Assembly (NCBI GenBank): GCA_963665115.1
Contig: OY762007.1
Coordinates: 2,784,001 to 2,848,000, forward strand
Direction of reading: 5' to 3'
DNA length: 64,000 nt
Origin: an uncultured Rivularia sp.
GTDB taxonomy: Bacteria > Cyanobacteriota > Cyanobacteriia > Cyanobacteriales > Nostocaceae
Shown here: positions 10,451-21,287 of the stretch, piece after piece
How positions within the stretch are numbered: position 1 is the stretch's first letter
Layout of the letters: each line of letters starts with the position of its first letter
The notes under the pieces: model-generated
Told to the model about the DNA's origin: nothing
Databases searched by the model: none
Seen by the model: only the letters and a program-made list of their open reading frames with translations
Made by a program: the position numbers and the translations under genes

Positions 10451-11491
10451 ATGACTCAACTAACTGCACCTAAATCCGATATTATTCCTAATATTCCTAA
10501 GCGAGGAATGCCAGTTACTATTATTACCGGATTTTTAGGTAGTGGTAAAACAACATTACTCAATCAAATTCTTCATAACAAAGAAGATTTGAAAGTTGCT
10601 GTGCTTGTAAATGAATTCGGTGATATTAATATTGATAGTCAGTTACTCATTTCTACCGATGATGACATGATGGAACTGAGTAACGGCTGTATTTGTTGTA
10701 CTATTAATGATGGATTGGTTGATGCAGTTTATCGCATTTTAGAAAGAGACGAACGCATTGACTATATGGTCATAGAAACTACAGGTGTAGCCGACCCATT
10801 ACCAATTGTTTTAACTTTTCTAGGTACAGAACTCAGAGATTTTACCAATATTGATTCCATACTTACTCTTATTGATGCAGAAACTTTTAATAGCGAACAT
10901 TTCCAAAGTGAAGCTGCTTTAAAACAGATAACTTATGGTGATATTATCCTCCTCAACAAAACTGATTTAGTTGGTGAAGAAAAATTAGTAGAGCTAGAAA
11001 GTTTTATTAAAGAAACTAGAGTTGGCGCAAAAATTCTCCGCACTTCTTACGGTGAAGTTGCTTTACCATTAATCTTAGATGTGGACTTGACTCCTAAAGA
11101 TGAATATTCTTCCTTAATTGAGGAAGATAGCCACGAACACCATCATCACCACCATGACCATGATCACGACCACGAACACCATCACCATCACTCAAATCAT
11201 CTAGAAAACGATGGATTTGTTTCTATTTCTTTCCAGAGCGATCGCCCTTTTGATGTGCATAAATTTGAGACATTTCTTAATGAAAAAATGCCAGAAAATG
11301 TGTTTAGAGCTAAGGGTATCCTCTGGTTTAGCGATAGCGAACTACGACATATTTTTCAACTTAGCGGTCCTCGCTATCAACTCGATGCTGATGAATGGTC
11401 TACTGCAAACCGTCAAAATCAGTTAGTTTTCATTGGTCGCGATTTAGATAAGAATGAAATTTATTCTCAACTTAATAATTGTTTACTATAG
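10451..11491 (+). CDS. Second COG0523/CobW GTPase with His-rich insert
   Basis: GFLGSGKTT, NEFGD, GCICCT, ETTGVADP, poly-His/HD tract; AGGAG RBS. Confidence 0.95.
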   Translation: MTQLTAPKSDIIPNIPKRGMPVTIITGFLGSGKTTLLNQILHNKEDLKVAVLVNEFGDINIDSQLLISTDDDMMELSNGCICCTINDGLVDAVYRILERDERIDYMVIETTGVADPLPIVLTFLGTELRDFTNIDSILTLIDAETFNSEHFQSEAALKQITYGDIILLNKTDLVGEEKLVELESFIKETRVGAKILRTSYGEVALPLILDVDLTPKDEYSSLIEEDSHEHHHHHHDHDHDHEHHHHHSNHLENDGFVSISFQSDRPFDVHKFETFLNEKMPENVFRAKGILWFSDSELRHIFQLSGPRYQLDADEWSTANRQNQLVFIGRDLDKNEIYSQLNNCLL

Positions 11492-12033
11492 CAATCCTAA
11501 ATGATTTATGAGAAAACACCATACTCATAAATTTTTGGGAAGTCAAAAAATTGACCAGAGATTGATAGCTCAAGTAAGGCCTTAACCACAGAGAAAGAAT
11601 GACAAAAAAAGTAAAATTCTCGAATTAACCTTTTGGCTTGCAGCCAAATATCTTCAACAGGGTTTTGTTGTGGAGCATTCGGAGCAAATCGATAGGCAGT
11701 TATCAACCATTCTTCTTTATTTAAACCATTATTTAAAGATTCTAAGTAATCTTTGATTGCTTGCAAACGATGATAGCTAGCACCCTTCGGGTAAGGCTAA
11801 CGCCTCGCTCCGCTAAAACGCTTTTTGGGGGACGGAAACCGACACCCCCAACTAGACTCACCATCCCAAATTATTAAAAGCTTAGAGCCTTGACGTTGTG
11901 AACGCAAAAAATTTAAGAAGTTATTTGATAAAATCATCCAGTGACTGAATCAACATCGATACACCTATATGCTTGTTTTCATAAATACTTATTGATTATT
12001 AAGTATTTTCTCACGAATAACTTAGGATTGCTA
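11489..12033 (-). mobile_element. Internally deleted IS630-family element (545 bp)
   Basis: Imperfect TIRs TAGCAATCCTAA.T.ATT..TGAGAAAA at both ends with flanking TA dinucleotides; transposase remnant LIIWDG/ASYHR...FAPNAPQQNPVEDIW. Confidence 0.85.
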
Positions 12034-12115
12034 TATAGTCTAAATTATTAAGTAAACTTTGAATTTGGATATTCATGAAAATATATATCTAAATCCTAAA
12101 TATTCGATGTAATAG

Positions 12116-12646
12116 CTATTCCTTTTTTTGTATATCTTCTAGTCTTGCTAATAAAAGGTCACTTATAATTACACCCACTAGCTTAGAATCGTCATTAAAC
12201 ACTGGAACAGAATAAGTTGTTAAAAGAATATCCTCGCCAGCTTTTCCAATATCAAAGTAAGGAACGCTCCAGACAGCTTTTCTTTGCTTTACTGGAACGT
12301 CATACCAAACTGCATTGGCATACATAAATTCCTTGGCAATATCTTTACTTTGAAATCCACTTTTATTTCTGAATACGAAAGGGCAAGAACAAAGTCTTTC
12401 AGGTGAGAATGCAAAGGCACTGCCGAGTATTTCTGGTTTTTTTATTAAATGATTTGTTAAACAAGCAAAAATATCATTTATATCTACAGGAATATCCTGG
12501 AAATAAGGAACTAGTTCTTCGGTAGCTTCTTGAATAACTTTCCTTATTTTATCCCTATGGTTGGCTACTTTTTTACTTTTTAAAATAGCGAGATAGCCTT
12601 CTAAATAAGAAATATCAAAGTTAACATTTTTAAAGATATTATTCAT
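12116..12646 (-). CDS. Stand-alone Cache/PDC-like sensor domain protein
   Basis: WY...AVWSVPYFD...TTYSVPVF...LVGVIISDL; no TM segment. Confidence 0.75.
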   Translation of the reverse strand: MNNIFKNVNFDISYLEGYLAILKSKKVANHRDKIRKVIQEATEELVPYFQDIPVDINDIFACLTNHLIKKPEILGSAFAFSPERLCSCPFVFRNKSGFQSKDIAKEFMYANAVWYDVPVKQRKAVWSVPYFDIGKAGEDILLTTYSVPVFNDDSKLVGVIISDLLLARLEDIQKKE

Positions 12647-13160
12647 TTTTTCTTAATGCTATTTCTGAATTGTCAGCGAAGTAATGATGCACCGCTACTA
12701 ATCATTAGTAGGGTGCATCAGTTTATTTTAAACAGCTGCATTTCTAAAAAGTCGAGATGCAGGCTTATTACTAAAATCTAGCCTAGTCAAGGAACAGAAG
12801 GGAGGAGAAGGAGAATCAACCCCTAAATCATTAATATCATACAAAAGATTTATACAATAAAAATTTAAATTTAAAAAGGATGTTTTTTTGCGAATTTTTG
12901 GTAAATTTTTAGATTTGGAATAAAAAAAATTTCTCAAGAAGAAAAATAATATATAATGTCTAACTGTCGATATTTTATTATGATTTATTTATCAAAACTA
13001 TATCAATAATTTAACTCGGTACCTAGCAGAGAATTGGGATTAGGGAGTAGGGAGAGGAAAAATAACATTGGTAATCTTCTATAGCTCGATAAGAATAAGA
13101 TTATTTATGTTCTCTGTTTACCATTGCCCCCCAAACTCATTTCATAATATATAGTTATTT

Positions 13161-14471
13161 TTATAGCAAACGTAACTGTGTATTTTCACTATTTGCAGAA
13201 GCTTTTGCATCTTCTGAATGCTCGCTATTAAAGGAGTCTAATAAATCAGTATTATCATCACCTAATAAAGTATGTGCTGCTTCCAACATAAAACCTGCTA
13301 TATCCTGAAGGTCTTCACGGTTGTTTAAATAAGTTTTCAATGCTTCCATCGGATCGATACTGCTACTAGCGCTTAATTCCGGAAGGCGGGGACGAGCTAA
13401 CTGACTTACCAATTCCGGATGAATAGTATAAGTATGCGCCGGACTTAATATTTCCTGCAATGAAGAGTTATCAATTAAATCTAGCTGTTCCGAACGAAGC
13501 TTGTAAACCAACCTGACAACTGCATCTTGTATATTATTTTTGGCTACAGATTTGGCGATTTTATCTAATGGATCTTCACTTTTTGAAACGTCTACTTCGA
13601 TAGTACGAAAAGGGCGAGCTGGTAAAGCACAAAATTCCCATTTAGCGCTACCCGATTCGACTTCTACCATTACATAGCCTTTGTCTTCCTTTTCTTCGCT
13701 AAAATCAACCCGTTCGATGCTTCCGGGATATATCACTGGGGGTTTGTTTGATTTATTCAAATTTTGGTGACGATGCACGTGTCCTAAAGCTACATAATCA
13801 AAGCAAGGACGTGTTATTAAAGATAGAGGAAGAGTGAAACCTTTACCCACCGCTAAAAAACGTTCCGCTCCCAAGTTTGCATTATCAGCCATTAAATGAG
13901 CTAAAAGTATAATCGGGATATCGGGATCGAGACGACGTATTTCTCCTTCCAATACAACTTGCAAACGTTCGGTTAATAGTTGGTTGATTTCTCCTAAGGA
14001 TAAACCTTGAGTTTCTTGGCGAGTCATCAAAGCAGAACGAGTTAACCAAGGTAAAGTAATCACCTGTACTTCACCGCTACGAGTTTGAATATTATGCGTA
14101 TCTAAAGTATCGCCTACCACAACTCCGGGAACCCCCAAAGTACGGTAAATACATAAACTAGCTCCACCTTGCCCCTGAGAATGTTGGTCATGATTCCCCA
14201 CAAGTAATACGGTGGGAATTTGGGCATCTACCAAACGGCGAAACTGACCGGCAAACGCTTGCTGTACGTAGGGCGGCGGAGTTGCATCGGGGAAAGCATC
14301 GCCACCAAACAACACTAAATCTACTTGTTCATCAATAGCGCGGTCAATACATAAAGATAAAGTACCGACAAAATCTTCCAATCGCGTATTTAAGCCAGTT
14401 TCCGGATTGATACGTCCGTGGGTAAAGCCGCTTCCCATGTGGATATCTGAAAGGTGGAGGATTTTAATCAT
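13161..14471 (-). CDS. sbcD: Exonuclease SbcD
   Basis: HLSDIH, GGDAF, GNHD, ALGHVH, YPGSIERVDFSE. Confidence 0.93.
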   Translation of the reverse strand: MIKILHLSDIHMGSGFTHGRINPETGLNTRLEDFVGTLSLCIDRAIDEQVDLVLFGGDAFPDATPPPYVQQAFAGQFRRLVDAQIPTVLLVGNHDQHSQGQGGASLCIYRTLGVPGVVVGDTLDTHNIQTRSGEVQVITLPWLTRSALMTRQETQGLSLGEINQLLTERLQVVLEGEIRRLDPDIPIILLAHLMADNANLGAERFLAVGKGFTLPLSLITRPCFDYVALGHVHRHQNLNKSNKPPVIYPGSIERVDFSEEKEDKGYVMVEVESGSAKWEFCALPARPFRTIEVDVSKSEDPLDKIAKSVAKNNIQDAVVRLVYKLRSEQLDLIDNSSLQEILSPAHTYTIHPELVSQLARPRLPELSASSSIDPMEALKTYLNNREDLQDIAGFMLEAAHTLLGDDNTDLLDSFNSEHSEDAKASANSENTQLRLL

Positions 14472-14879
14472 AAGAAGATGGTTAGTTGTTAGTGGTTAGT
14501 TGTTAGTTGTTTCATTAAACGAAAATATTATTGAAGTAATTTGAGTATTGAGCGATCGCCAGTAAATAATCATTAGATTACCTAACGATTGTGCAAACTC
14601 TATTAGCTCATAACTTATAACTTATAGTTTAAACGTACATCTTGCAGCATTCTCAATAACACCGGAGAATCAAATTTCACGGCTCATAACTAAATATAAT
14701 TTTTAGTCTACATAAATTCCAAAGCGGATTAGCACTAGATTTGAGGGCTTTCCGTAAGTCCTGCATTTATACAACCCAAAATACATAAAGACGTTGCAAT
14801 GCAACGTCTCTACACAATTGATATGTATTATCTATTTGTTAAAACCAAAAATTAACTCCTAGCTCCTAATTGCTAACTA

Positions 14880-15602
14880 TTAAATGTGAATTCCACATTC
14901 GGTTTTGCCGCTACCACGCCATCTTCCATCGCGTTCGCTTTCACCTTCTCCAACTTTGGTGGTGATAGGTTCATCGCCAATGCTGGGATAACCTTGGTCG
15001 TGTAAAGGATTGTAAATAACTTTGTGTTCGCCAACAAAATCCCAAGTTTCTTTGCGAGTCCAGGTAGCTAAAGGATTGATTTTAAGACGACCTTTTTTAT
15101 CTAATTCAAAAATCGGCATACTTGCACGAGTTGGGGCTTGATCGCGTCTGCGTCCAGTTATCCAAGCGACGGTATCAAGTTCGTCTAAGCCTCTTTGCAA
15201 AGGTTCTATTTTAGTAACATCGTGGAATTTTGCAATGTCTTTATCCCAAAGCGCTTCACCGTACTTAGCATTAAAAGCTTCGCGGCTATCAACTTCTTCG
15301 TTTGTGTAAACTTTCAAATTAACGTTATAAAGCTGCTTAACTTTTTCCACTAATTCCAAAGTTTGGGGGAAATGGAACAGCGTATCGAGAAAAATAACGG
15401 GTGACTGCTGCTTGAGTTCGCGATAAAGAATGTCAGTGATAACAATATCATCCACATTAAAAGCGCTAGTTTGCACCAACCCTGTAGGAATATTCTCGGC
15501 ACTCCATGCCAAGATTTCTCTGGGATGAGCAGTTTCATATTTTTGGTTCAACTCTTCCAAGTTGAAATCACTCTTATTAGTAGATGCGGTCGAAATAGTC
15601 AT
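14880..15602 (-). CDS. cysH: Phosphoadenosine phosphosulfate reductase
   Basis: LDTLFHF, WITGRRRDQ, GYPSIGD, GRWRG..KTECGIH; start could be 15629. Confidence 0.95.
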   Translation of the reverse strand: MTISTASTNKSDFNLEELNQKYETAHPREILAWSAENIPTGLVQTSAFNVDDIVITDILYRELKQQSPVIFLDTLFHFPQTLELVEKVKQLYNVNLKVYTNEEVDSREAFNAKYGEALWDKDIAKFHDVTKIEPLQRGLDELDTVAWITGRRRDQAPTRASMPIFELDKKGRLKINPLATWTRKETWDFVGEHKVIYNPLHDQGYPSIGDEPITTKVGEGESERDGRWRGSGKTECGIHI

Positions 15603-15964
15603 AAAAATTAATCGCTCAAATGCTTGCATCGTAAGGATAAAATAATTCTACCGCACAAAGGCACATATTCCGGTCGGGAATTAGGAGTTAACAGTTAGCA
15701 GTGACCAGTAACCAGTTAGCAGTTAGCAGTTAGAGAGAGAGTAAAATTAAAATTTACAGCTTGATTTTGAATATTTTCAATAGGGAGCGAGACGCTCCCA
15801 CTACATTCCAAACCGCTCCCTGCTCGCTACTCGCTGCTCCCTGATTGTTCACTGTAGTAATTACTAAGTAATATTGCGTGATTTTAAGTTTTGATATAGT
15901 TTTGTAGAGAATTATACGGATGTTGGTAATCTAAGAGAAGGTTTAAAACAAAAGGTTGTTAAAA

Positions 15965-16069
15965 ATGAAGGAATCAAAAACTGTCAATCCACTCAAAGAA
16001 TCGTTATTAATGGGTCTTTTGGTGATGATGACTGGTGCAAGTGTAATCACTATCATGAATATGTTTTAA
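15965..16069 (+). CDS. Candidate 34-aa single-TM small protein (not in ORF track)
   Basis: MKESKTVNPLKESLLMGLLVMMTGASVITIMNMF; AAAAGG upstream, hairpin downstream. Confidence 0.4.
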   Translation: MKESKTVNPLKESLLMGLLVMMTGASVITIMNMF

Positions 16070-16104
16070 AACAGAAGATAATTTTTCATTTAATATAACT
16101 TTAC

Positions 16105-16135
16105 AAAACCCCACTCTTTGCTGAGAGGGGTTTTT
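16105..16135. terminator. Probable bidirectional intrinsic terminator
   Basis: AAAACCCCACTC-TTTGCT-GAGAGGGGTTTTT between convergent ORFs. Confidence 0.6.
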
Positions 16136-16227
16136 AGATTTTGGTTTTTAGATTTTAGATTTTGGATTGTAAGCTAATCCTGTTTTTTTTAATTCCCAAT
16201 GCCCAATTCTCAATGCCCTGTTCCCTG

Positions 16228-18862
16228 TTACCTATAATAAATAGGAATATCAATAATAAAACTTGTTCCTTTGCCAAGTATTGATTCGCAAGATAATTTT
16301 CCACCATGTTTATCTACAATAATTTGGTAACTGACTGATAACCCTAATCCCGTACCTTTGCCTACATCTTTAGTAGTAAAAAATGGGTTAAAAAGTTTTG
16401 AGATTATACTTTCAGAAATACCGTTGCCGTTATCTGAAATGCATATTTGAGCGGCATTTTCGCTGGCTTTTTTAGTATTAATAGTAATTTGAGGAATGAA
16501 ATCATTGTTTTTACAAGTATTCTCTTCTAATGCATCAATTGCGTTAACTAAGATATTCATAAATACCTGATTTAGTTGGGAAGGATAGCATTCAATTAAA
16601 GGAAGATTGCCGTATTCTTTAATAACTGCAATACCAGAAAAATTCGGTTTCTTCTTCAAACGATTTTGTAAAATCATTAACGTAGAATCTATTCCTTCGT
16701 GGATATTTACTTCCTTAGATTCAGCTTCATCCAACCGTGAAAAATTACGTAATGATAAAACAATTTCGCGAATGCGTCGCGTACCTTCTTCCATTGAGCG
16801 AATAATGTTTTGTAAATCTATTTTGAGAAAATCAATTTCTATATTTTCAATTTTTTCTTGAATTTCTTCTGCTGGATTTGGATAATTTTTTTCAAAAAGT
16901 TCTAAAAGTCCGATCAAATCTTGAGTATATTCGCTTATGAAAGAAAGGTTTGCATGAATAAAGTTTGCAGGGTTGTTAATTTCGTGAGCGACACCTGCTA
17001 CCATTTGACCTAACCCGGACATTTTTTCAGTTTGAATTAATTGTGCTTGAGTAAGTTGTAACTGTTGTAAGGTATTTTCTAACTCCTTAGCTTTTTCTTG
17101 TACCTTAATTTCTGCTAATTTACGTTGAGTGATATCGGTTGCAACACCTAATAATTGCTTCACCGTACCATCTTCTTGACGATGAAAAACCATTTGTCTA
17201 TCGTAAAGCCAATGCCATTCACCATCTGAATGTTTGACGCGATATTCAAATTCTAAAACATCCCCATCAGCAGCAGCAACGATCTTTTGCTGTTGACAAA
17301 TAGTTTTTTCAAAGTCTTCTGGATGAGTTATCTTGGGTATTAGCGTATCTGTCGTTGCTTGAATTTCGTCGTTAGAGTAACCCAGAAAAGTAGTAGCTTC
17401 TTGATTTGCGTAAATAGTTCTTTGTTCTTCAATGTCGTGGATATAAATAATACTTGGAGAAGAATCTGCAATCCTTTGAATAAAGTGCTGACTGGCTTTA
17501 AGTTCTTTTTCTGTTTTTTTGATTTTGGTAATATCAACTACGCAACCGTACCAAATAATAGAACCGCCTGATTGCAATTCAGGTTTAGCAATACCTTTTA
17601 ACCATTTTGTTTTACCGCTTGTAGTTGTAATTCGATATTCATATTCCCAATTTTCAAAAGTTTTTGCAGAAGTCGCAATACTGTGTTGCAAGCCCGGAAA
17701 GTCTTCGGGATGAGTAATAGTAAATAATAATTCGCTGTTTAGAAGAGCTTGCGATCGGTTAACTTCATAAATATCTCCACACCCAGAAGAAAGGTAGGGA
17801 AATGACATTATACCGTCGGGATGCAAGCAAAATTCGTAAATCATCCCCGGTACGTTATCTGTGAGTTTTTTTAATCTTCCTTCAGCTTGATTTAGTGCTG
17901 CTGTACGTTGTTCGACTCTTGTTTCTAATTCTTCGTTAAGTTTTTCTAGTGCATCTTCGGCTTGTTTGCGCTGGGTAATATTAACAACACAACCATCCCA
18001 AAGAATAGAATTATCTGCTTGCAATCGAGGTTTAGAAAAACCTTTTAGCCATTTATATTTACCACTTGGAGTCGTAATCCGCCATTCATATTCCCAATTT
18101 TGCAGAGTTTGAGCAGAAGTAGTAATTGCTTGGTTAATTCCATCAATATCGTCCGGATCGATCATTGCGAATAAAAAATCAGCGTCTTCTTGAATCTGTA
18201 GCGGTTTCTATTTCCAAAATATCCCGACACCCAGAAGAAACGTAGGGAAAAGACATCGTACCATCGGAGTTTAGTTGAAACTGGTAAATCACCCCTGGTA
18301 CGTTATCTGTTAACCGGGAAAGACGCATTTCAGTTTCACGTAACTGCGCTGTACGTCTTTCAATTCTTGCTTCTAATGTTTCGTTTGACTTTTTAAGGCT
18401 GTCTTCTACTTGCTTTCGTTCGGTAATATTTTCAAAAGTACCAAAAATACCCACTACGTTACCTTCAGCATCTCGTAACGGAATTTTATTTGTATCCAGC
18501 CAGAACAGGTTTCCATCTGCTTGTACTTGAGTTTCAATAATATTGACTTCGGGTACACCACTATCCATAACCCGTTTATCGCATTCCCGAAACCATTGTG
18601 TTTCCTCTTTTGTCCAAGGTAGATCGTAATCGCTTTTACCGATTATATTTTCCGGCTCTCCGATACCAGCATCTTCAGCAAAGTTGCGGTTACAGCCCAG
18701 ATAAACTGAATTGCGATCTTTCCAGAACACAGAATACGGGATATTATCTATAACTAGTTGAAATAAATGTTGCGAGCGTTGTAATTCGACTTTTAACTGC
18801 TGCAAATCTTCTTTGAGGGATTCACAAATACTTTTATCAATAGCGATAGAATTTTCAGTCAT
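16228..18862 (-). CDS. Multi-PAS/PAC sensor histidine kinase (one gene, apparent +1 frameshift at 18205-18207)
   Basis: PAS/PAC domains, AHEINNP H-box, N/G1/F/G2 boxes; removing one base joins ILEIE-PLQIQEDADFLFAMIDP. Confidence 0.88.
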
Positions 18863-19064
18863 GGTAAAAACGTTATTTATAATTAAAGCTTGTAATATTT
18901 ATAGTTCCCAAATATCAGTTAACAGTTAACAGCGATCGGTTAGGAGCTAGAAATGTAGTGGGAGCGTCTCGCTCCGTGCCAATAATAAAACTGTAAATTT
19001 CTAATTTCTCCCCATCACCTTTTCCCCCCATCACCCATCACCAATTACGAATTACCCAATAATT

Positions 19065-19331
19065 ATGAAATTAATCTTATACAGCAAACCGGGATGTCAT
19101 CTATGCGAGGGTTTGCAGGAAAAGTTGGAAACCATAAAGCAAACTCCAGATTTCGCTTCTCTTGATTTGGAGGTACGAGATATTACGACTCGTGAAGATT
19201 GGTTTGCTGCTTATCAATATGAAGTACCAGTGCTGTGCGTACTAAAAAATGATAATTTGCTTTCCATTCCCCGCCCTTCTCCTCGTACTTCGGTAATTCA
19301 GCTAGAAAAAACTCTCCGGAAGTATATTTAG
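19065..19331 (+). CDS. Glutaredoxin-like protein (DUF836)
   Basis: YSKPGCHLCE, YQYEVPVL. Confidence 0.88.
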   Translation: MKLILYSKPGCHLCEGLQEKLETIKQTPDFASLDLEVRDITTREDWFAAYQYEVPVLCVLKNDNLLSIPRPSPRTSVIQLEKTLRKYI

Positions 19332-19397
19332 GTATTTGTATATGGTGAAAAATGTTGCAGAATAGGCGCAAGCAATGCGTGTGACGAGGTTGACTAG

Positions 19398-20918
19398 ATG
19401 AAACTGCGTAAATTACTTGGTGCTATTGATGGTATGTCGCAATTACCCCAACATCCGGCTATGGATGCTGAGGTAAACGGTTTGACGACAAATTCTCATG
19501 CTACTAATGTTGGGGATGTGTTTATCGGAATGCCCGGTACAAGAGTTGATGGTGGAGATTTTTGGCAAAGTGCTGTTAAAGCTGGTGCGATCGCCGCGAT
19601 AATTTCTCCCCAAGCAGCCGAAAAGTACCCTCCTCTAGCTCCTCCTTATCAAGAAGGTGTTGACGGAAATACTCCTTTGGTTATTGTGGCGGCAGATATG
19701 AAGTCAGCTTGCGCTCAACTAGCTGCGGCTTTCTTCGATTATCCCGGACAAAAATTAAAGTTAATTGGGGTAACGGGAACTAACGGTAAGACTACAACCA
19801 GCCATTTAATTGAATATTTTCTGGGGCAAGCTGAGTTATCTGCCGCTTTGATGGGAACTCTGTATACTCGCTGGAAGGGTTTTGTCCAAACTGCTGCTTA
19901 TACTACTCCGTTTGCGGTGGAGTTACAAAAACAATTAAAAGCCGCTCTCGATGCTGGTAACGAATACGGAACAATGGAAGTAAGTTCCCATGCTTTAGCA
20001 CAAGGAAGGGTTTTGGGTTGCAAATTTGAAGTTGGAGTATTTACCAACCTGACTCAAGATCACCTTGATTACCACAAGGATATGGAAGATTATTTTGCTG
20101 CCAAAAGCTTACTATTCAATTCCGATTATCTCACCGGAAGGGCAATAATTAACGCCGATGACCTTTATGGTAAGCGGTTAATAAAATCTTTAAGCGACAG
20201 AAAGGTGTGGAGTTACAGTGTTAACGATTCCACTGCCGACTTATATATGAGTGACTTAAGTTACGAACCTAATGGAGTTAACGGCACCCTGCACACGCCA
20301 AAAGGTGACGTAGCTTTTAGTTCACCCCTAGTCGGACAATTTAACCTAGAAAATTTATTAGCAGCCGTAGGAGCCGTTCTAAACTTCGATTTAGATTTAC
20401 AGTTAATAGCTGCCGCGATACCCAAATTTGAGGGAGTTCCCGGACGAATGGAAAGAGTACAAATTGACTCAAACCAAGATATCAGCGTGATTGTAGATTA
20501 CGCTCACACTCCTGATAGTTTGGAAAACTTGTTAAAAGCATCACGCCCATTTATTCCGGGTAAAATGATTTGCGTATTCGGCTGTGGTGGAGACAGAGAC
20601 AAAACTAAGCGTCCAAAAATGGGTAAAATCGCCGCTCATTTAGCCGATTTAGCTGTAGTCACTTCCGATAATCCCCGCACCGAAGATCCAGAAGCCATTT
20701 TACAAGATGTCTTAACCGGAATTCCCGATACAGTTAAGCCGATAGTAATTGGCGACAGAGCCACCGCTATCCGCACTGCGATCGTAGAAGCAAAATCCGG
20801 AGACGGAATATTGTTAGCAGGCAAAGGACACGAAGATTACCAAATTCTCGGCACTGAAAAGATTCACTTCGACGATAGGGAACAGGCGAGAGAAGCTTTG
20901 GCAGAAAGGATGAAGTAA
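19398..20918 (+). CDS. murE: UDP-MurNAc-Ala-Glu:meso-DAP ligase
   Basis: GVTGTNGKTTT, MEVSSHAL, DHLDYH, VDYAHTPD, SDNPR, AGKGHE. Confidence 0.97.
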   Translation: MKLRKLLGAIDGMSQLPQHPAMDAEVNGLTTNSHATNVGDVFIGMPGTRVDGGDFWQSAVKAGAIAAIISPQAAEKYPPLAPPYQEGVDGNTPLVIVAADMKSACAQLAAAFFDYPGQKLKLIGVTGTNGKTTTSHLIEYFLGQAELSAALMGTLYTRWKGFVQTAAYTTPFAVELQKQLKAALDAGNEYGTMEVSSHALAQGRVLGCKFEVGVFTNLTQDHLDYHKDMEDYFAAKSLLFNSDYLTGRAIINADDLYGKRLIKSLSDRKVWSYSVNDSTADLYMSDLSYEPNGVNGTLHTPKGDVAFSSPLVGQFNLENLLAAVGAVLNFDLDLQLIAAAIPKFEGVPGRMERVQIDSNQDISVIVDYAHTPDSLENLLKASRPFIPGKMICVFGCGGDRDKTKRPKMGKIAAHLADLAVVTSDNPRTEDPEAILQDVLTGIPDTVKPIVIGDRATAIRTAIVEAKSGDGILLAGKGHEDYQILGTEKIHFDDREQAREALAERMK

Positions 20919-20924
20919 GGGAAG

Positions 20925-21165
20925 TGGGGATTGGTAATTGGTAATGGGTAATTGGTAATTGGTAATTGGTAATTGGGCATGGGGCATGGGGGATTGGGCA
21001 TGGGCAATTGGTAGTTGGTAATGGGTAATGGGTAATTGGTAATGGGGAGAAAATTAAATTTCGCGACTTTATTTTTAGTAGGGAGCGAGACGCTCCCACT
21101 ACACATTAAATTCCTAACTCCTAACTCAATTCCCAATCCCCAATCCCCAATTCCCAATCCCCAAT
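20925..21165. repeat. STRR heptamer arrays (GGTAATT/GGGCAT(G/T) and inverted CCCAATC/T) around a REP-like palindrome
   Basis: Visible tandem heptamers after murE; GGGAGCGAGACGCTCCC at ~21081. Confidence 0.85.
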
Positions 21166-21287
21166 TCTTAATTCTTAATTTTCTATCTTTTTGTGAAAAA
21201 ATTACACTTAGGGGGGAGAATCTAAGAAAGTATTATTTATTGCTATATACTTCTTAGGTTTTCTTTCTTTTTTTTTCTGTAGTTGTT

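Noticed and set aside
12728..12937. 69-aa minus-strand ORF
   Set aside because: TTG start, low-complexity AT-rich sequence, no motif
20767..21257. ORFs rich in PITNYQL/PIPN (also 24469-24795 and 45341-45791)
   Set aside because: Translations of heptamer/nonamer tandem repeats, not genes
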